Source of the DNA: Octopus vulgaris
Taxonomy: Eukaryota
DNA: 64,000 nt
Reading direction: 5' to 3'
Assembly: GCA_951406725.2 (NCBI GenBank)
Contig: OX597826.1
Location: 79,856,001 to 79,920,000 of the forward strand
A program made the position numbers and the translations under genes. Within the stretch, counting starts at the first letter, position 1; every line of letters starts with the position of its first letter. Below are positions 27,852 through 41,187 of the stretch, piece after piece. The notes beneath the pieces are model-generated. The model was not told where the DNA came from. It saw only the letters and a list, made by a program, of their open reading frames with translations, and searched no databases.

Positions 27852-27887
27852 GTTTAACGTTTCGAGCAGACGCTCTTCTTCGGAAAC
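27852..27887 (-). ncRNA. Minimal hammerhead motif (U4>C)
   Basis: Reverse complement gttt-CCGAAGA-a-gagc[gtct]gctc-GAAA-cg-TT-aaac; stems I and II pair perfectly. Confidence 0.6.
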
Positions 27888-27974
27888 AGGTGACAGAGAC
27901 AGAGGAAAGTCCAAGAGAAAATTTGAAAATGTATGTGTGTGTGTGTATATATATATAAACAGTAAAATGGAGAG

Positions 27975-28515
27975 GCAGGACCAGTCAATTACCAGTCAAT
28001 TACATCGCACTAGGTGCTCACCTCGCACATATCTTATCGACACCAAAAAAAGATGAATGGCAAGCTCGACTGCGGCAGCACTTGAACTCGGAACATAAAG
28101 AGCCAGAAAAAATGTCGGACAGCGTTTTGTCCGATATATTAACGAATATGTCATCTCGCCGCCTTTTTAAATGAAATTAAATAAATAATCCATTCCACTA
28201 TTGGCACGAAGCCTGACAATGGGACGTGGGATAAACGATTATATCGACCATGGTACTTAACTGGTATTTAATTTATTGATCCCGAAAGGATGAAAAGCAA
28301 AGTTGACCTCGGCGGAATTTGAACTCAGAACGTAAAGACAGACGAAATACCTATTTCCTTACTACCCACAAGGGGCTAAACACAGAGGATAAACAAGGAC
28401 AAACAAACGGATTAAGTCGATTACATCGACCCCAGTGTGTAACTGGTACTTATTTTATCGACCCCGAAAGGATGAAAGGCAAAGTCGACCTCGGCGGAAT
28501 TTGATCTCAGAACAT
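27975..28515 (-). mobile_element. Cluster of three family A SINE pieces
   Basis: Repeated cccgaaaggatgaaaggcaaagtcgacctcggcggaatttga core. Confidence 0.8.
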
Positions 28516-29186
28516 AAAAATAAATTGGCGGATACAATTAATTAGGTTCGACTGAAATCCATGGCTGGCTGAGGATAAACAAAAAAAAAATTCGACCTGT
28601 ACTTAGAAGCTTTAAGTTTTACAAGGAATTTTCTTCAGCGGATCTTGACGGAGCCAATTCATTCTTGATCGTACAACTACTGCTAATAATAATTAATTAA
28701 ATATGCAAATGAGGTCATATATTTTGGAGGTATGGGTGTTATTTTAGATATAAATCAATTACAGTAAATAATTTGAACATATCGATTTCAGGTTTTGAGT
28801 ATCCAAGTGGACTTGAGCGGAGGTTTGTACGTAGAAGGAAAACAAAACGAACTAAATACTTGGTGGAATGATGTTCAGAGCTTTACAAATTCTGTTGGTT
28901 CGTTCAGATATATGCTTAAATATGAAGAAATACAGCAAATTATAAGATAAATGACGGATATAATAGCCATATTAAAGAGATATTTACTGTCAGTTTTAAT
29001 ACTTGATTTGTCTGGCCGATAAATCAAACTCCAACTGTACGCTTGTCGGTGTTTCTAAATTATTAATCTAGATTTAAACTCCCGGCTACACACATAGCAC
29101 GCAGCCTCTACACGTTTATACACGCACACATGCTTACACACACACACAGACACGCACACACACACATATATGTGTGCATAAACGTG

Positions 29187-29259
<73 letters not shown>

Positions 29260-29596
29260 CACATACACACATACACACACGCACAAACATACATACATAT
29301 ATATATGTATATATGTGTGTGTGTTTATATATATATATATATATGTATATATGCACATATGTGAATTGTATACCTATGTGTGTATGTGTGTATGTGTATG
29401 TCCGTATGAATGCATGTATGTATGTATGTATGTATGTATGTGTGTATGTATGTATATATGTTATTAATGTTGCAAGAGCATGGAAAACCTCGAGAAATAA
29501 TTCTGTTTGGAGGGGGGTGAAAGTCGCACCAGATTAACTTATATATAATAAAGTGTAACTATTGTGCAGAAAAACATTTTAGAAAGAAAAAGTTGT

Positions 29597-29669
29597 AGGC
29601 TGCCCGTGAGAATCGAACCCTCATCTTCAGTAAACATGTCAAGTGCTCTACTGCCGGACCACAGCATCC
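29597..29669 (-). mobile_element. tRNA-like SINE head or tRNA pseudogene
   Basis: GGATGCTGTGGTCCGGCAGTAGAGCAC...GGGTTCGATTCTCACGGGCAGCC; B box present, cloverleaf imperfect. Confidence 0.55.
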
Positions 29670-29810
29670 TTCGGCTTCTGTCCAAAGAAGAATTACACAC
29701 ACGCGCACACCCATGCACACATACATACATACACACATACATACATACATACATACATACATACATACATACATACATACATACATACATACATACATAA
29801 GTAAGCATGT

Positions 29811-30750
29811 ATGTATGTATCAAGGATTTGTCACAAAGAAATACAACATGGGGAAAGTTTAGACGAAACCAGAGTCGACGAAAACTGAATGGACGAGCAA
29901 TTAGACAACGACATGATACACTGGATATTCGCAGCTGAGTTTTCTTCTTCAGTTAAAGGCGTAAAGTATCATAGCAGTGTTTCACGCCACCTACCTTTGG
30001 AAAACACCGAGAAAAATACTGTCCTGGAACATATATAGAGAATTCCCCTATTATTGGAATACGTACACAAACACCAATCAATACAAGGAATACTGGTCGA
30101 ACATCACTATCAAAACATCTGTCAAGTGTAAGCTTAACAGGCCGGATATTGTTGCTTGGGATGGACAAGAAAAAGTATGTACCGTTATTAAGGCCAGCTG
30201 TTTGCTCATGTGAACATCTTTTTGACAATCCAAGAGAAAGAGGATAACTACGGACAACTGCTCCGAACCCCCCAGCTTCTATTTCTAGATTATAAAGTCA
30301 CATTTGTACCAATAATAATTGGTGAACTTGCCTTTGTAAGTAAATACAGAAGTGACAATGTGGATAAGCTTGTATTTGTGGTAGATGTATAATTATCATT
30401 TTTTTCTTCGTAGGTATATAGCCATAAAGATTCGTGCTGTTATACATGCATAATTCGTTGTCGTATTTATATAATGTCTTATTTGTTTCTATCTCAGCAC
30501 ACATTCGCTAGCTTTTACCCAGTAGCTTAATAAAAGCACTGGCGCCTGCAAAATTGAACAGTATCAAAGACAACTGGCGTGAAACACTGTTATGATATTT
30601 TACATTATTGAGTGAAGAGGAAAACTTAGCAGCGAATATTCCATGTATCGTGTCGTTGTCTAATTGCTCGTCCGTCTAGTTTTCGTCAACTCTAGTTTCG
30701 TCTAACCTTTCTCCATGTTGTATTCTTTGTGACCAACCCTTGATACATAC
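29811..30750 (+). mobile_element. Retroelement 3' end encoding a decayed restriction-like endonuclease (RLE), flanked by ~180-bp inverted arms
   Basis: YWSNITIKTSVKCKLNRPDIVAWDGQEKVCTVI...KEDNYGQL...VTFVPIIIG (RPD...E...K..Y RLE pattern); arms ~29811-29988 and ~30575-30750. Confidence 0.7.
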
Positions 30751-30855
30751 ATACATGCATACATACATACATACATACATACATACATACATACATACAT
30801 ACATACATACATTCATACATACATACATATATATATATATATTATATTTATATAC

Positions 30856-31085
30856 TGTTGTGTCTGGGGAGAGTCATTCACTTTTAGTTCCTTATAATTT
30901 AACACACTCCCCATTTCAATTGCAAGACGCAACGAATATTTTAGAAAAATAAAGAAAGAAATGAGTGGAAATTTTACCGGTGCGTGTGTTAAATTATAAG
31001 GCACTAAAAGAGAATGGCTGCCCCCAGACACAACAGAATATACTTCAACACACGAACTCACAGAAAGAATCTTGCAAACCAAATC
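30856..31085. mobile_element. Fold-back repeat related to 15388-15634
   Basis: tgttgtgtctggggagagtcatt / aatggctgcccccagacacaaca inverted arms. Confidence 0.6.
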
Positions 31086-31106
31086 CAAAACGAAATACAC
31101 ACACAT

Positions 31107-31218
<112 letters not shown>

Positions 31219-31423
31219 CATATATATATATATATATATATTTGGAAATATGAGGTCAATACATTAGATTTGTCTTTGGCCGAAGTTTTTCGCCCGGTGC
31301 TAAGTTTATAAGGGGAAAGAATTTTTATAAACAGAAGCTTTTGCAGTCAGAAAGGTGTACAGGACAGAAAGGTACTCGTACCTGTATGGGCAAGACTGTG
31401 TTTGAATGTTGTTTTTGTTGTTG

Positions 31424-31465
<42 letters not shown>

Positions 31466-31624
31466 ATGATGACAACATTAACGATGGTAAACCTGGTGAT
31501 GGTGTCGATTGCGGTGATGGTGAAGATGCTGCGATCGACGAAGAAAATGGCCAGGAATTTGGTGCCGTAGACGATGGCAAAGAAAAGAAAGAAAGTAATA
31601 TAAATTCTTTTAAATCGGACCAAG

Positions 31625-31925
31625 AAGCTCGCTTCGCAACCCTATGGTTCTAGGTTCAATCCCGCGGAGCATCATCTTGGGCAAGTGTCGTTTACTCTAA
31701 CCTCGAACTGACCAATTCCTTGTGCGTGCGTGAATTTGCTTCACGGAAACTATGTTGAAGCCCGTCGTGTATAGATATATGTGAGTGCATGTGTTTTCCG
31801 CACAGCATCGCTTGACAACCGATGCTGGTTTCTTTACGCCTACGTAATCTAGCAGTTCGGCAAAAGAACTGTTTAGATTATGCCCCAGACTGGGCTCTGC
31901 ACTAATATCATTGCAGGCCATCAAC
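31625..31925 (+). mobile_element. Decayed family C SINE
   Basis: Shares ggttcaatccc...cttgggcaagtgtc and catcgcttgacaaccgatgctgg with the other family C copies. Confidence 0.7.
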
Positions 31926-31954
31926 TGAAGCGAGTAGAATGTAATTGATATGTG

Positions 31955-32415
31955 TGAGAGTGAGTGCGTGAGTGAGTGAGTGAGTGAGTGAGTGAGTGAG
32001 TGAGTGAGTGAGTGAATGAGTGAGTGGGTGAATGAGTGAATGAGTGAGTGAGTGAGTGAACGAGTCAATGAGTGAATGAATGAGTGAGTGAGTGAGTGAA
32101 TGAATGAGTGAGTGAGTGAATGAATGAATGATTGAGTGAATGCGTGAGTGAATGAGTGATTGAGTGAGTGCGTGAGTAAGTGAGTGAGTGAGTGAATGAA
32201 TGAGTGAGTGAGTGAATGAGTGAGGGAATGAGTGAGTGAGTGAATGAGTGAGTAAGTGAATGAGTGATTGAGTGAGTGCGTGAGTAAGTGAGTGAGTGAG
32301 TGATGAATGAGTGAGTGATTGAGTGAGTGAGTGAATGAGTGAATGCTTGAGTGAGTGAGTGAGTGAGTGAGTGAGTGAGTGAGTGAGTGATGGAATGAGT
32401 GAATGAGTGAGTGAG
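31955..32415. repeat. (GAGT/GAAT)n microsatellite, followed by a decayed SINE head
   Basis: Direct reading. Confidence 0.9.
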
Positions 32416-33427
32416 GGCGTGTGGCCTAGTGGTTAGGGTGTTGTATTCATGATCGTGTGGTTGTGGTTTCCATCCCCGGACCCGACACTGACGATGTCTT
32501 CTAGAGCAGGTCACTTCACTTCACGAGGCTCTGCAATTATTTCGACATCTGACTTGTGACATACACCCTACACCTGTAGAAGCAATATCGATTTGATGGA
32601 GTGAATAAAGAAAGGGGCAGGGCAAACATTTGATCGCTCTAAACACACCGTCTGTACAAAGTGTCCAGCAAGATTTTACGGAACCTTTCTCTGTTGCCTA
32701 CGACAGGTGAGTCCATGACATAGTCTCGATCCTAAATATTCAAAATCGTGCCTTTTTTCAAACGCAATGATGCCATCATAAATACAGATTAAAATCTGGC
32801 AACATCGGCTCCGAACTTCCAAGCGATTAATTTCGTAAGTATAGTTCGACTGAATACTGTTTATTCATAAGATTTGTATTAGTTTCCCAAGAAATGCTTA
32901 ATTTAGGAGAAATTATCGGTCCCAATGAATACCTATTACGGCAGCCAAATTACGTCTATGCTTTAAGAAATGGTAACTGAGATTCTTCCAGTTTAGGCTT
33001 ATTTTGTCTGGATTCGTATGACGAGGGTTAATTTCCCAAGTATTTCCTTTGCTTATTCGATTGACATATATGAACCTCAACAGTCCACGTTACAAATTTA
33101 TCATTTCTGATAAAAATCTGATAATGCAGAAAAGAGCGAAATCACGAACAGAACCCATTTTCCAATAACATAAATATACATGTTTGATATGTGAATGTGC
33201 GTCTCTCTGTCTGTCTCTCTCCGTCTGTCTCTTTCTCTCCTTCTCTGCGCACACACTATACACATGTATGTAAGTATGGATGGATGGATGTATGTATTTA
33301 CTGATTCACTTATCATAACATAGCTCTGTGAATAACCATATCGAACAGTTCTGCTTATTTCCTTATCATACTTGTCATGATCAGCCAATGTAGGACGAGT
33401 TTCTTTATATACGCGAACTCACTCACA

Positions 33428-33500
<73 letters not shown>

Positions 33501-33802
33501 ACATAACATAGTGAGAATTGTATTATTATATTGTTTTCCCTAATTTCTTAACTCCAGTTCCACGATATAACTTGTATTTATAACTTTTATTGGGGCCACC
33601 ATCATATCTTAATTTTGTACTTTAGATCAGACGTCCCCAACCCACGGGCTGTGGATCAGTTGGTATAGGGTCGCCAAGAAAGAATGAATTTTAAACTTTT
33701 ATTTCTATTTTAGTGACTATCGCAATCTGCAGAATCTTTCTGCATAATATATCTCAATTATGCATGAATTCTATATATATAACATATACGCATTATATAT
33801 AT

Positions 33803-34143
33803 AACAAGAGCACTCAGAGAGTGCAAGCCTCCGTCAGGGCAACACCAACGTCCTCTCAACGATTAACTAGAGATGATTTTTAAAATGGGAATATCTGTAA
33901 TAAACTCGACTGCTCTCACAAACGAGAATACTAAGAATGAACCCGACTGCTCTCAAAAATTAAGTAAAAAAAGACAGGAAGAATAATCCAGAATCCTTGT
34001 CCGGTACTGGATCGATCCTAAAATCTAATCAGTTCGTGCCTGTCATGAGACCCAACATCCCTGATAGTTTCATTCAAATCCATCCAGCAACAAACAAACA
34101 CAACTGTAAACAATACCTCCGCCTTCGCTAAGGCTGAAGTAAT
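33803..34143 (+). mobile_element. Helentron/DINE-like non-autonomous element nested in the hAT MITE
   Basis: Starts AACAAGAGCACTCAGAGAGTGC followed by cctccg; ends in the hairpin cctccgcctt-cgct-aaggctgaag. Confidence 0.5.
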
Positions 34144-34149
34144 AATTAA

Positions 34150-34348
34150 AGGCAGCGAGCTTGCAGAAACGTTAAGCACGCTGGACGAAATGCTTAGAAG
34201 TTCTGAGTTCAAATTCCAACGAGGTCGACTTTGCCTTTTATCCTTTCGGGGTCGATAAATTAAGTGCCAGTTGTGCCCTGGAGTCGATCATAGCTACTAG
34301 CCCTCTCGCCCATAGTTTCAGGCTTTGTGCCTAAAGTAGAAAAGGATA
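34150..34348 (+). mobile_element. Family A SINE nested in the hAT MITE
   Basis: Family A head and core. Confidence 0.8.
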
Positions 34349-35565
34349 TATGTAATAATTAAGTTATGCATTTTATTCTCTTTTGTTTCGTACATTATAC
34401 CTTGTGTCGGGGAAAAATTGTGCTGCATAAAACTGGTTTCTGTTTCTAAATGGTTTGGATACTGCTACTCTAGATGATCGAGAAGTGAAACATTCTTTAA
34501 GGTCATTTTATAATTTTCTTCGTAATCTCTCGGTTAGTTTACCTTCCTGCTAAAAGATGTTCATACAAGCCTTTAAATATATCTATTTTAAACTCTGTTA
34601 TGTTAAACTCGAATGATCTCCGTCTTCTAGTGCCAACAACCGCTTGCTTATATCGTGACTAATCTAACGAGAGAGTCTTCCCTTTTGTTTCATCCTAACA
34701 CCACAATAATCATACAACTGCATTGCCTTTTCGATTGACTCGCTTCGAACTCTCATCGCGATTAGATTATAGTTGAGTCTCTTCTCTTGTGTATCTTATA
34801 TTAATTACGTATCGGATGTAGATTGTGAACGCTGCAAGATCACTCATATCCATTAATGTTTTGTAAGTCCGCTATAAGTGAAAGCCAAATCCTAATGATG
34901 AACAGTGTTTTAAGCAGTTGTCGAACATATCCACCCCGCGCCCAAGTAATCCTGTCTTTACATTAGAATATAATTTATTTCCCTGACAGTGATTCTCCGT
35001 TGCCACAAGGATTTTCCGACTTATTTACTAATGTCAAACAGGGGGCTAATCAAACTACCATAAGCCGTTATAACTTAAAATTTTCATTACTTCGTTCGAT
35101 TGGATGTGAAATATATAGTTTTTTAAGCAGCTTCTTTCCAGTTTTACTTCTGTTTCTTTTCTCATTATCCGTTTTACTTTACTGTGCACTTAAGTCATAT
35201 TTTTCTCTGGCTTTCAGAAAGTGTTCATTCCCGTAAGATACAATTATGAGGCTCATATTTTTCTGATACAATTATAGATTCTAATATATATTAATTCTGA
35301 CCTTTTCACAACATTCAACAATATATTGAAACACAAAAGCATTTTGGAAAGTTATTTCATGAATAACATATAAACAGACCCTACATATAAAATAACATAT
35401 AAATAGACCCTACATGTATAATGCACTGATTTTAGTCAATTTCAGTCTTTTCGAAAGTTGTTCGTGAATTGATGGATTTATACAGTTATATTGCATAATT
35501 ACTATTATATATGCTTACGTACACACACTCAGACACACACACACATACATACACACACATGCACG

Positions 35566-35600
<35 letters not shown>

Positions 35601-35690
35601 GTATATGTAATACATACATATATGCATATATATGAATGTATATAGAAATATATATATATATATATATATGAATATATATACATGTATATG

Positions 35691-35724
<34 letters not shown>

Positions 35725-37670
35725 TGTATGTATGTATGTATGTATATACAGCTATATATATAGATATCGATAGATATACATATAAATAGATATAGATATA
35801 AATACGGACACACATACACACACATATATTTGCATACTTACATGGGAAATTATAAATATGCACGAACAGACTGGAAATTATTAATTACGCAAGTGATTTA
35901 AATAAGATATTGATTACAAGCTTCGCTCTCCTTCGTGTGTGCATGTGGTGTTGCACGGGAATCAGTTTGCACATGCATAAAACTGCAGAAATGAATGCAT
36001 ATGTTGTCCTTTATGAATTCCAATGCCGCAGATCCTCAAACGACTGCGATAACCACAATACAAAATATTTACTTCAATAAATATTCCGCATTTAGTTAGA
36101 ATTGCATTGAATGCGAATGAAATCAATGTCGCAATATTCTACAGAATAAGTTCTAATTAAATACTGCCAGGCGTTTTATCCACGCTGCTACAGCGATTCT
36201 GGCAGTGCTGCCCTTTATGTGTCTGTATGAAAATTTCTTGTATGTGTTTCTAACTCATTGAATACGTAATCAATGCCTGAATGTGAACGGAATATCAGAT
36301 ACAAATGATAAATTAGGGAATATTATTATCGATAACAGAAAACTTAATTCACAAAGCGGTTGCTGTATAACCCCCGGTCAATTCTGACTGAGAGGACCTA
36401 TAATCATCAAGTCATAGAAATTCTATTTTTTTTCTTCCTGAGAACTGTCTATCTTGGAATACGTTATATAACTTGTCCGTCCGTTTTCAAGAGAATCAGC
36501 TGATATTTCGATATTTCAATCTTATTTTTGGAAGGTCGAATGTCAACATAAAGATGTCGTCTTTGACTCGTAGACGAAAATAGATTTTCTAGAATATAAC
36601 GTGAGGGACATAGTTATTTGTCAAGTATATTTCAATTTTTGATTCAGCTAACAGACAGTAATGGTTTCTGATTTAGAGCACACAGCCAGGAATTTTGAGA
36701 AAAGGTGCTCCGTCGAATTTATCGGTGCAACACGTGACTGGTTTTTTCTTTTATCAAACCTCCGAATGGAAAAAAGGCACAATCAACCAAGGCGGTTTTT
36801 GAACCCTAAGCCTAAAGTAATGGCAAACGCCAGAAATGCATTTTGTACACATTGTAACGATTCGGCCAGCTTCCCGCTGTTTCTAAGCAACTAATAACCG
36901 TACTTAATCGATCATGTTGTTGATGATCATGATGCATTCCATCCACGCCATTCTTGTAGGTATTGTTCACCAGAAAATAACGATTTCTAAACATTGTCAA
37001 AAACTACAAAATATTTGGGTAAGTCTTTATCTTTATCATCGAATCCGCTGCTGTGCTTATATTTATGTTATCAGCCTCCTCTTCTTGCAAGAAGAAGAGC
37101 TAAAGACGAGAGTAAAGCGATTTTGAACTCAGAACATTAATCACTTCGTAATGAATTACTCCGTGACATTTTGTTTAACGCTAATAAATTCTCCAAATTC
37201 ATTTTTAGTATTATTATTATTAATAGTGATTTACAACTTACACAAAAACTAGGCCATATCTTTTGGACGATGATATATTACATAAAGATCGCTTCTAATA
37301 CTTGATTTCAACATATTTTATCGACTTTGGAATTAGAACTAAAGTGGACGCTTGCAGAAATTGAACTCACATCCCTCAAAGAACGAACTGAAAATCAGGC
37401 ACCAACAACATGTTGGGCGTTTAGCGATTCTGTTCGTGCGTTTATGAAAACACTGACGCACAAAGAAATACACTCTGAAGTAGAAGATACAGAGAGATGG
37501 ATACATTAACATACAAAACAGCCACACGGAACACATATCTGCTGTCGGCTTTAATACGAGATTTGTCTGGAGTCGATAAATCATTGCAACTGTAAGCGAG
37601 TTGGCGTTTGCAACTTATTAATCTGGATTTATATATCCAACCAGACACTACTACGCATGTGGGTACATGC

Positions 37671-37741
<71 letters not shown>

Positions 37742-37834
37742 CATATATAATATATATAAATATATATATATAAATATATACATATATATGTATGTATATG
37801 CGTATGTTGACGTGTATTTGTGGTTGTGTGAATG

Positions 37835-37876
<42 letters not shown>

Positions 37877-38052
37877 ATATATATTTGTATGTAAATATAT
37901 GTGTATATATATAAATATATATATATACATATATATATATGTATATATGTGTATGCGTATGTTGATGTGTATTCGTGGTTGCGTGAATGTGTGTGTATGG
38001 GTCTATATATATATCTATATCTATGTGTTTATATATATGTATATATATATAT

Positions 38053-38130
<78 letters not shown>

Positions 38131-38249
38131 TACATAGTTATTTAGGTTGTTGCAGCAAAGTGCTGGTCTGGAGTTTCATCGACATACTGTTGTTACCACG
38201 CACAGCTGAAGCCTACTTATACTTACGCGCACACACACAAACAAACAAA

Positions 38250-38292
<43 letters not shown>

Positions 38293-39342
38293 CACACTTA
38301 TTGTTTTCGTACATGTTTCGAGAGATCATTGATCATTGATCTGAAATCCAGTCGTGAATTACAGAGCAAATAATTATTCCGTCCATCTTCACCATAAGTA
38401 CAGGAATTCATCGATAAATCTGAACTGCTGACTCAGTAAACTATATCCATGTGGGTTGAGTATTCCGCAGACTCTGGTGCTCTTAAGCAAATCTTCGCTC
38501 AGAATTAACTTGACGCAATGATTGATCACGCTGTCCCTTTGTGTTAAAGGTGCAGTTCATTCGTTTGGCCTCCAAATGTCTTCCATCAGATTTCCCAAGA
38601 CGTGGAACTACACAGAACTATGGTAACAGTCACCAGGAATGTGCTTCGTGCCCATCGCATCAATTCCGATACGGCATGGACACCAGGCGAAGTTTTAAAC
38701 CCTCAGTGAGTGTGTGCGTGTGTGCATATATATATATATCTGTATACAAACATACACAAACACACACACACATATAGATATGAAGGAATACAAAATATGG
38801 GACAAGAACACAAAACATCCAGACAGTTAGGTACAAAAAAGGGACAAATAAAAGCAAGGACGGGTCATTCGGAGTTTTCTTTCCTCAGTCGTGTTCCAGA
38901 TTATCTTTGCAATTTCGGCTGATATAAGCGTGACTGTATTTTAATAAATATTCATTTACATACATACATACTACGGACTCACACTTACACACACACACAT
39001 ACACACACACATACACGCATATATATATCTATATATATATGCATACACATTTATATTAATGTGTTTTTATATGCAGTACAATGGGCAATAAAACAATCAG
39101 ACATTGACTGATTGAGCACATAATACATTTGAGTTGAATTTAACATTTATTTTAAACAAGCAAAAAGTTGAATAGTGACATCACATCGTATCACACAAGT
39201 GATTGGCTTCGTATATAACGATGCTAGACAACGGCAAAACATACGTTCGCGCACGCACACACACGCTTTCTCTCTCTCACTTTCTTACACACACACACAC
39301 ACACTCAGATACGTACATTCATACATATATAGATGCACATTA

Positions 39343-39415
<73 letters not shown>

Positions 39416-40932
39416 AGCCTGTGTGCGTATGAATGTATGCATGTAAGTATGTGAAGATTAACGAGAAAGGAAATATGGTTTGTAATGTAATAAGATTGAT
39501 GGAAAACGCAGATCCATTTCTTTTGTGCTGGAATTGCGAACAATTTCCGAATTATTTCCTTTAACATTGAACGGATATTTGCGGATCTGTGTTTTTCCCT
39601 CTCCCTCTTTTGCACAGTTCTTTCAAAGCATCTCATATTTCTTTACGATGAAATGCAAACATGCTAGAACCATGCTGCTAAGGTATTCGAAATCTATCAA
39701 TGACAAGCATCGCTTCGTCTCCATTTTCTCTACCAAGCAATTGACAGCCGTTTCTTTTCTCTCTGCCGATAGGAAGTATTACGTGAATCACATAATGAGA
39801 TTCTTATTACGTGTTAAATTGGTGAATTGGCAGAAATATTTGAACGTCTGATGACTAAATGTCTTGTCTTACGGTATTAAATTTAGTTCCTTTCCATCTT
39901 GAGCTGAATCTGTTACGTCTGGCTTGAACAATTATTTCGAAGAACCGGTGACGCGTATCCTAGATTATTGCAGCAACGTTTTCCAATCCGAAACACTGGT
40001 TACAACCAACGAGACATCCTCTGTGCAGACGCCTGCTTAACTGGAAACTGCAGCCGAATATCCTATAAAGTGTATCCAGCCGTCTTCAAATAGGAAGGTC
40101 TTATTGCATGTGGTCCTGCATACACTATGTTCGAATAAATAAGGAACGTGAAAGCATTCAGTTTTAGTTCTGTTCAATCATGCTTGATTTCTGGAGAAAC
40201 AGTCAAAATAGCTACAAAATAGCAACATTAGTAACGACTCCTTAATTAGTTTACTCGGTCTTAATTAGTCTGCTCGGTTTATGAGGTTGTTAAGGCTTAA
40301 TTAGGCAGTATTAAGCTTAATTAGGATGACGTCTCCTTAAACACAGCAATCAACTCGCGTTTGTCTACGAATCCATATCACGACATGACATAATTCCCCG
40401 CAATATTGTTGGAAACCGAGGTAGATATGGTAAATGAATCGTTGACTTACAGTGGCTCATTCAGTTAGTCCTGAGAGATAAATTTCACCTGAAATACGCA
40501 AGAGGCATATCTTAGAGAAATAATAACCTTTTGATTTGGCGGATTTCTGCAATAGAAGATAACCATCATATGATTGCTGAACCTGCCCGAAAAAAGCAGC
40601 CGAAACCCCTCTTGAATCATAGCATAAGAATGGAAGTTTATAGTCAATAAAATACTCTTGGATAAATTATTCCTGAAAATGAAAGAGAGATGATGACTGT
40701 GAAATATTTACTCTCGATCTACGCTATCAAAACTGACCGAGAAATGTTCCATCGAATTGTTGAAAAGTCAGCAAGATTTGATATTCTCGAAAACGGTCTT
40801 CGTTCTCCGCCACTGGTACTGTGATGAGTGCGACGCAGAGACAAATACTTCTTAATAGTTTAAGACAATTAATTTTACAAAATTACTATTTTTAAATCTC
40901 ACAACGTGAGATAATTCAGTAACAGTACTTTG

Positions 40933-41187
40933 TAGTAAAGATTTTTGCCAATATAACACGGCAGTCCTGGTTTAGGACGAATGTTGCTGTAATTTAGCCC
41001 CAGGAGACATCTTCTCCAGCTAGCTATACGACACGATCTGTGCTCTTATATTCCCTTGTTCGAAAATATAAGGACACAGATCGTGTTGTACAGCCAGCTG
41101 GAGACGATGTCTCCTGGGGCTAAATTACAGCAACATTCGTCCTAAACAAAGATTTCTATGCTCTTTTGGCAAACAATCTTTACTCCA
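40933..41187. mobile_element. Fold-back (hairpin) element, near-perfect core 40970-41147
   Basis: gtttaggacgaatgttgctgtaatttagccccaggagacatc / gatgtctcctggggctaaattacagcaacattcgtcctaaac. Confidence 0.8.

Larger units (their letters stand above)
33628..34467. mobile_element. hAT (Charlie-like) MITE with two nested insertions
   Basis: Ends cagacgtccccaacc / ggtttggatactgcta; 8-bp TSD ctttagat / ctctagat (NTCTAGAN type). Confidence 0.75.

Noticed and set aside
39588-39690. Candidate exon (strong polypyrimidine tract + cag ... AG|gtattc); similar weak candidates near 46385-46462 and a gtaagt donor at 43826
   Set aside because: No recognisable protein and no consistent exon chain; cannot be supported without RNA data.
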